A stretch of DNA of 32,000 nt from Prochlorococcus marinus subsp. pastoris str. CCMP1986. GTDB taxonomy: Bacteria; Cyanobacteriota; Cyanobacteriia; PCC-6307; Cyanobiaceae. Where the stretch lies: assembly GCF_000011465.1 (NCBI RefSeq), contig NC_005072.1:1080001-1112000 (forward strand), read 5' to 3'. The notes below the pieces were generated by a model. That model made no database searches. It saw nothing but the letters and a program-made list of their open reading frames with translations, and was not told the origin of the DNA. Of the stretch, positions 28,690 to 32,000 are shown in pieces. The position numbers and the translations under genes were made by a program. The stretch's first letter is position 1. Every line of letters begins with the position of its first letter.

Positions 28690-30055
28690 TAATTTACTAA
28701 GAGCTCCTAACCAGAGTATTGAAGAAACTGGTTACGCTTGGTACGTAGGTAACGCCAGATTAATTAATTTATCTGGACGTTTACTTGGAGCACACATTGC
28801 ACACTCTGGCCTAATAGTATTTTGGGCTGGAGCAATGATGTTATTCGAAGTAAGCCATTTCACATTTGATAAACCAATGTGGGAACAAGGCTTAATTTGT
28901 ATGCCTCACGTTGCAATGTTTGGGTTTGGAATTGGCCCTGGTGGTGAAGTTACTTCTGTATATCCCTTCTTCGTTGCAGGTGTTATACATCTAATTTCCT
29001 CAGCAGTTTTAGGTTTTGGAGGAATTTATCACTCTTTAGCTGGTCCAGAAAAGCTCGAGCAAGATTTTCCTTTCTTTTCAACTGACTGGAGAGATAAAAA
29101 CCAAATGACTAATATATTGGGTTATCACCTAGTAGTTTTAGGAGTTGGTGCTTTATTTTTCGTCGCAGATTGGATGTTTATCGGTGGTGCTTATGACACA
29201 TGGGCTCCCGGTGGAGGAGAAGTTAGATTGGTTAGTCCAACTTTAGATCCAAGAGTAATACTTGGTTATCTATTTAGGTCTCCATGGGGAGGTGCTGGTT
29301 CAATTATCGGTGTTAACTCAATTGAAGACATTGTTGGAGGCCATGTATACGTTGGTATAACCGCAATTATTGGTGGTTTATTCCATATCTTCACAAAACC
29401 CTTTGGATGGGCTAGAAGAGCATTCATTTGGAATGGAGAAGGACTTCTTAGTTATGCACTTGGTGGAATCTGTGTTGCAAGTTTTATTGCATCAACTTTC
29501 ATCTGGTTTAACAATACTGCTTACCCTTCAGAATTCTATGGCCCAACAAACGCTGAAGCTTCACAGGCCCAAAGCTTTACTTTCCTTGTGAGAGATCAAA
29601 GAATTGGAGCTAATGTAGGTTCAACAATGGGACCAACAGGATTAGGTAAGTATCTCATGAGATCTCCTACAGGTGAAATTATATTTGGTGGTGAAACAAT
29701 GAGATTTTGGGATTTCAGAGGACCATGGTTAGAACCTTTAAGAGGACCTAACGGATTGAGCCTTGAGAAAATTCAAAATGATATTCAGCCTTGGCAAGTT
29801 AGAAGAGCAGCTGAATATATGACTCATGCACCTAATGCTTCTATCAACTCCGTTGGTGGTATCATTACTGAGCCTAATGCTGTTAACTTTGTTAACTTAA
29901 GACAATGGTTAGCTGCAGCTCAATTCTTCCTAGGATGGTTTACATTCATCGGTCACCTTTGGCATGCAGGTCGTGCTAGAGCAGCCGCTGCCGGTTTCGA
30001 AAAAGGAATTGACAGAAAGAGTGAGCCAGCTCTAGAAATGCCAGATATTGATTAA
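28673..30055 (+). CDS. psbC: Photosystem II CP43 protein, GTG start inside psbD
   Basis: Track ORF starts at 28646; the conserved N-terminus (M/V)[45 protein letters not shown] maps to GTG 28673-28675, overlapping psbD by 17 nt, with GAGGAGG upstream. Confidence 0.97.
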   Translation: METPFNNLLRAPNQSIEETGYAWYVGNARLINLSGRLLGAHIAHSGLIVFWAGAMMLFEVSHFTFDKPMWEQGLICMPHVAMFGFGIGPGGEVTSVYPFFVAGVIHLISSAVLGFGGIYHSLAGPEKLEQDFPFFSTDWRDKNQMTNILGYHLVVLGVGALFFVADWMFIGGAYDTWAPGGGEVRLVSPTLDPRVILGYLFRSPWGGAGSIIGVNSIEDIVGGHVYVGITAIIGGLFHIFTKPFGWARRAFIWNGEGLLSYALGGICVASFIASTFIWFNNTAYPSEFYGPTNAEASQAQSFTFLVRDQRIGANVGSTMGPTGLGKYLMRSPTGEIIFGGETMRFWDFRGPWLEPLRGPNGLSLEKIQNDIQPWQVRRAAEYMTHAPNASINSVGGIITEPNAVNFVNLRQWLAAAQFFLGWFTFIGHLWHAGRARAAAAGFEKGIDRKSEPALEMPDID

Positions 30056-30071
30056 CTCTAATCAATTTTCA

Positions 30072-30094
30072 AAAGACCCTTTTTAAGGGTCTTT
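30072..30094. terminator. Rho-independent terminator between convergent psbC and maf
   Basis: AAAGACCCTT / AAGGGTCTTT perfect 10-bp arms, 3-nt loop, followed by a T-run. Confidence 0.88.
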
Positions 30095-30097
30095 TTT

Positions 30098-30724
30098 TTA
30101 TGGGAAAATTCCTTCCTTAATAAGACTCTTTCTAAGCCATGGCAAACTTAAACCCATTACATTACTAAAACAACCATCTATCCTTTCGATATATTTACCT
30201 CCCTTGCCCTCTAAAGCAAATCCTCCAGCACAATATAAAGGTTCAAGAGAGTCAACATAATTTTTTATCTCTTCATCTTGCAATTTAGAAAAATATACTT
30301 TAGAACTTACTGTTTTTTTAATTTTCTTTGTCACTTTTAGTATTTTTGAACTTGAGTCAAAAGTACTAAAAAGTAATGTATGTCCTGTATGGAGAAAACC
30401 AAATTCTCCAGACATTTGTGACCATCTTCTATATGCCTCATCTTTATCTGATGGTTTTCCGAAAGGTCTTCCATTAAATTCGAATATTGAATCACAACCA
30501 AGAATTTCTACAGAACTATAATTAAACTTTTCTGGTAAGTCTATTTCTTGGATATTAAGAGCAATCCTACTAGCTTTTTGAAAAGACAATTCGAGAGTTA
30601 AATTAGATATATCTTTCTCTTTTACTAAAGCTTCATCAAAATTACTTGATATTTGAATAAATTCGATTTGAGAATTTTCTAGTAATTTCTTTCTAGATTG
30701 AGAAGCAGAGGCTAGAATTAACAC
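30098..30724 (-). CDS. maf: Maf-like nucleotide pyrophosphatase
   Basis: [63 protein letters not shown]. Confidence 0.94.
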
Positions 30725-30790
30725 AAATTTTTTATCGAATTATAATTCAATTTACTTATTAATAAATTACAAGATTAATATAAATTACTA

Positions 30791-32000
30791 ATGGAATTAA
30801 TAGAAAAACTACAACCTATTAAAAAGCCCTTAATGGTTTTAGGTACATCTAGCGGGGCAGGTAAATCTTTAACAGTTACGGCCATTGGCAGGATTCTTAA
30901 AAATTCAGGAGAAGAACCAATACCTTTTAAGGGTCAAAATATGAGTAACAATGCATGGGTCGACTGGAATGGCGGAGAGATGGCATTTTCTCAAGCTTTA
31001 CAAGCATTTGCTTGCGGGATAATTCCTTCTTCGGAGATGAATCCTATCCTATTAAAACCACAAGGTAATTCAACTAGTGAAGTCATTCATTTAGGGAAAA
31101 GTAAGGGTATTACAACAGCAAAAGATTACTACAAAGATTGGTTTTTCCCAGGATGGGGAGTAATAAAAAAAAGTTTGAATTCAATATATGAACGATACCC
31201 AAATTGTCGTTTAATTATTGAGGGGGCAGGAAGTCCTGTAGAGATGAATTTAATTCACAGAGACCTTACGAACTTAAGAGTTGCAAAGTATTTAAACGCG
31301 AATTGCATTTTAGTAACTGATATCGAAAGAGGAGGCGTATTTGCTCAAATAATAGGAACTCTTGAGTTAATGAAACCAGATGAGAGAAAGCTTATTAAAG
31401 GCATATTAATAAATAGATTTAGAGGGGACCTTTCATTATTTGAAGAAGGTAAAAAATGGATAGAAAACAAAACAAAAATCCCTGTTTTAGGAATAATTCC
31501 TTGGTTAGATGATAAATTCCCTCCAGAGGATTCTTTAGATTTATTAGAAAAAAAATCATCTTTAACCAACCCTGAATTAAAGGTTGGAATTATAAAATTG
31601 CCATCTATAAGTAACTTTTCAGATTTTGATCCATTAGAAAATGAAGAATCAATATTAATCAAATGGGTAATGGAATCTCAAAATTTAAATCAATATGATT
31701 TTCTTATTATTCCTGGAAGTAAACAGACTATTAAAGATCAAAAATTTCTTAGAGATTCTGGTCTATCAGAAGATATAAAAAATTATTCAACGAATAAAGG
31801 TAATATTTTTGGAATTTGCGGAGGTTTACAAATGTTAGGGACAATTCTTGAAGACCCATTTTTTAAAGAAGGATCAAAAATCAATTGTGAGAAATCAATC
31901 AATGGAATTGGATTACTCCCTTTAAAAACAACTTTCTTTCAAAAAAAGATAACAAGGCAAATAAATTCTGAGTCAATTTGGCCGCAGGTAACAGAAATCA
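30791..32000 (+). CDS. cobQ: Cobyric acid synthase, 3' end beyond window
   Basis: Hand translation from ATG 30791: MELIEKLQPIKKPLMVLGTSSGAGKSLTVTAIGRILKNSGEEPIPFKGQNMSNNAW..., GGVFAQIIGTLELM, FGICGGLQMLG. Open to the window edge. Confidence 0.96.
   Translation, partial: MELIEKLQPIKKPLMVLGTSSGAGKSLTVTAIGRILKNSGEEPIPFKGQNMSNNAWVDWNGGEMAFSQALQAFACGIIPSSEMNPILLKPQGNSTSEVIHLGKSKGITTAKDYYKDWFFPGWGVIKKSLNSIYERYPNCRLIIEGAGSPVEMNLIHRDLTNLRVAKYLNANCILVTDIERGGVFAQIIGTLELMKPDERKLIKGILINRFRGDLSLFEEGKKWIENKTKIPVLGIIPWLDDKFPPEDSLDLLEKKSSLTNPELKVGIIKLPSISNFSDFDPLENEESILIKWVMESQNLNQYDFLIIPGSKQTIKDQKFLRDSGLSEDIKNYSTNKGNIFGICGGLQMLGTILEDPFFKEGSKINCEKSINGIGLLPLKTTFFQKKITRQINSESIWPQVTEI

Noticed and set aside
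29370-29591. Plus-strand alternate-frame ORF in psbC
   Set aside because: Shadow ORF in a strongly supported gene.
31345-31662. Minus-strand ORF opposite cobQ
   Set aside because: Antisense shadow; cobQ translates cleanly through this region.
1-32000. tRNA, rRNA or CRISPR features
   Set aside because: No cloverleaf-like gene, rRNA segment or regularly spaced repeat array was recognised on reading both strands. A tRNAscan-SE/Infernal run would be decisive and was not possible.

Overview
This 32 kb AT-rich window looks like a picocyanobacterial chromosome, most likely high-light Prochlorococcus (inferred from psbD/psbC, petM, ycf4, an Hli protein, NTRC, a DUF1651-like protein and compact gene spacing). 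From about 8 kb to the end it is ordinary core genome: ychF, an HlyD-type adaptor, polA, cysS, dxr, a 2Fe-2S ferredoxin-like protein, a YheT-type hydrolase, a split pntA plus pntB, NTRC, infA, an NmrA/Ycf39-like protein, petM, an alpha/beta hydrolase, ilvH, a cyclophilin-type PPIase, ycf4, the overlapping psbD-psbC pair, maf, and the start of cobQ. The first 8 kb is a patchwork of short, mostly uncharacterised ORFs around a divergent SelO/YdiU-like protein, a small secreted cupin, a DUF1651-like protein and an Hli protein. I recovered several small CDSs missing from the supplied ORF track by hand translation: petM, four ORFs of 47-59 codons, and a partial signal-peptide ORF at the left edge. 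I found no CRISPR array, transposon, phage module, rRNA or tRNA that I can support, and no convincing new multi-gene system. The best second-look items are the divergent SelO, the PPIase with a lipobox extension that lacks a canonical start codon, the small-membrane-protein clusters, and a long hairpin downstream of hli.
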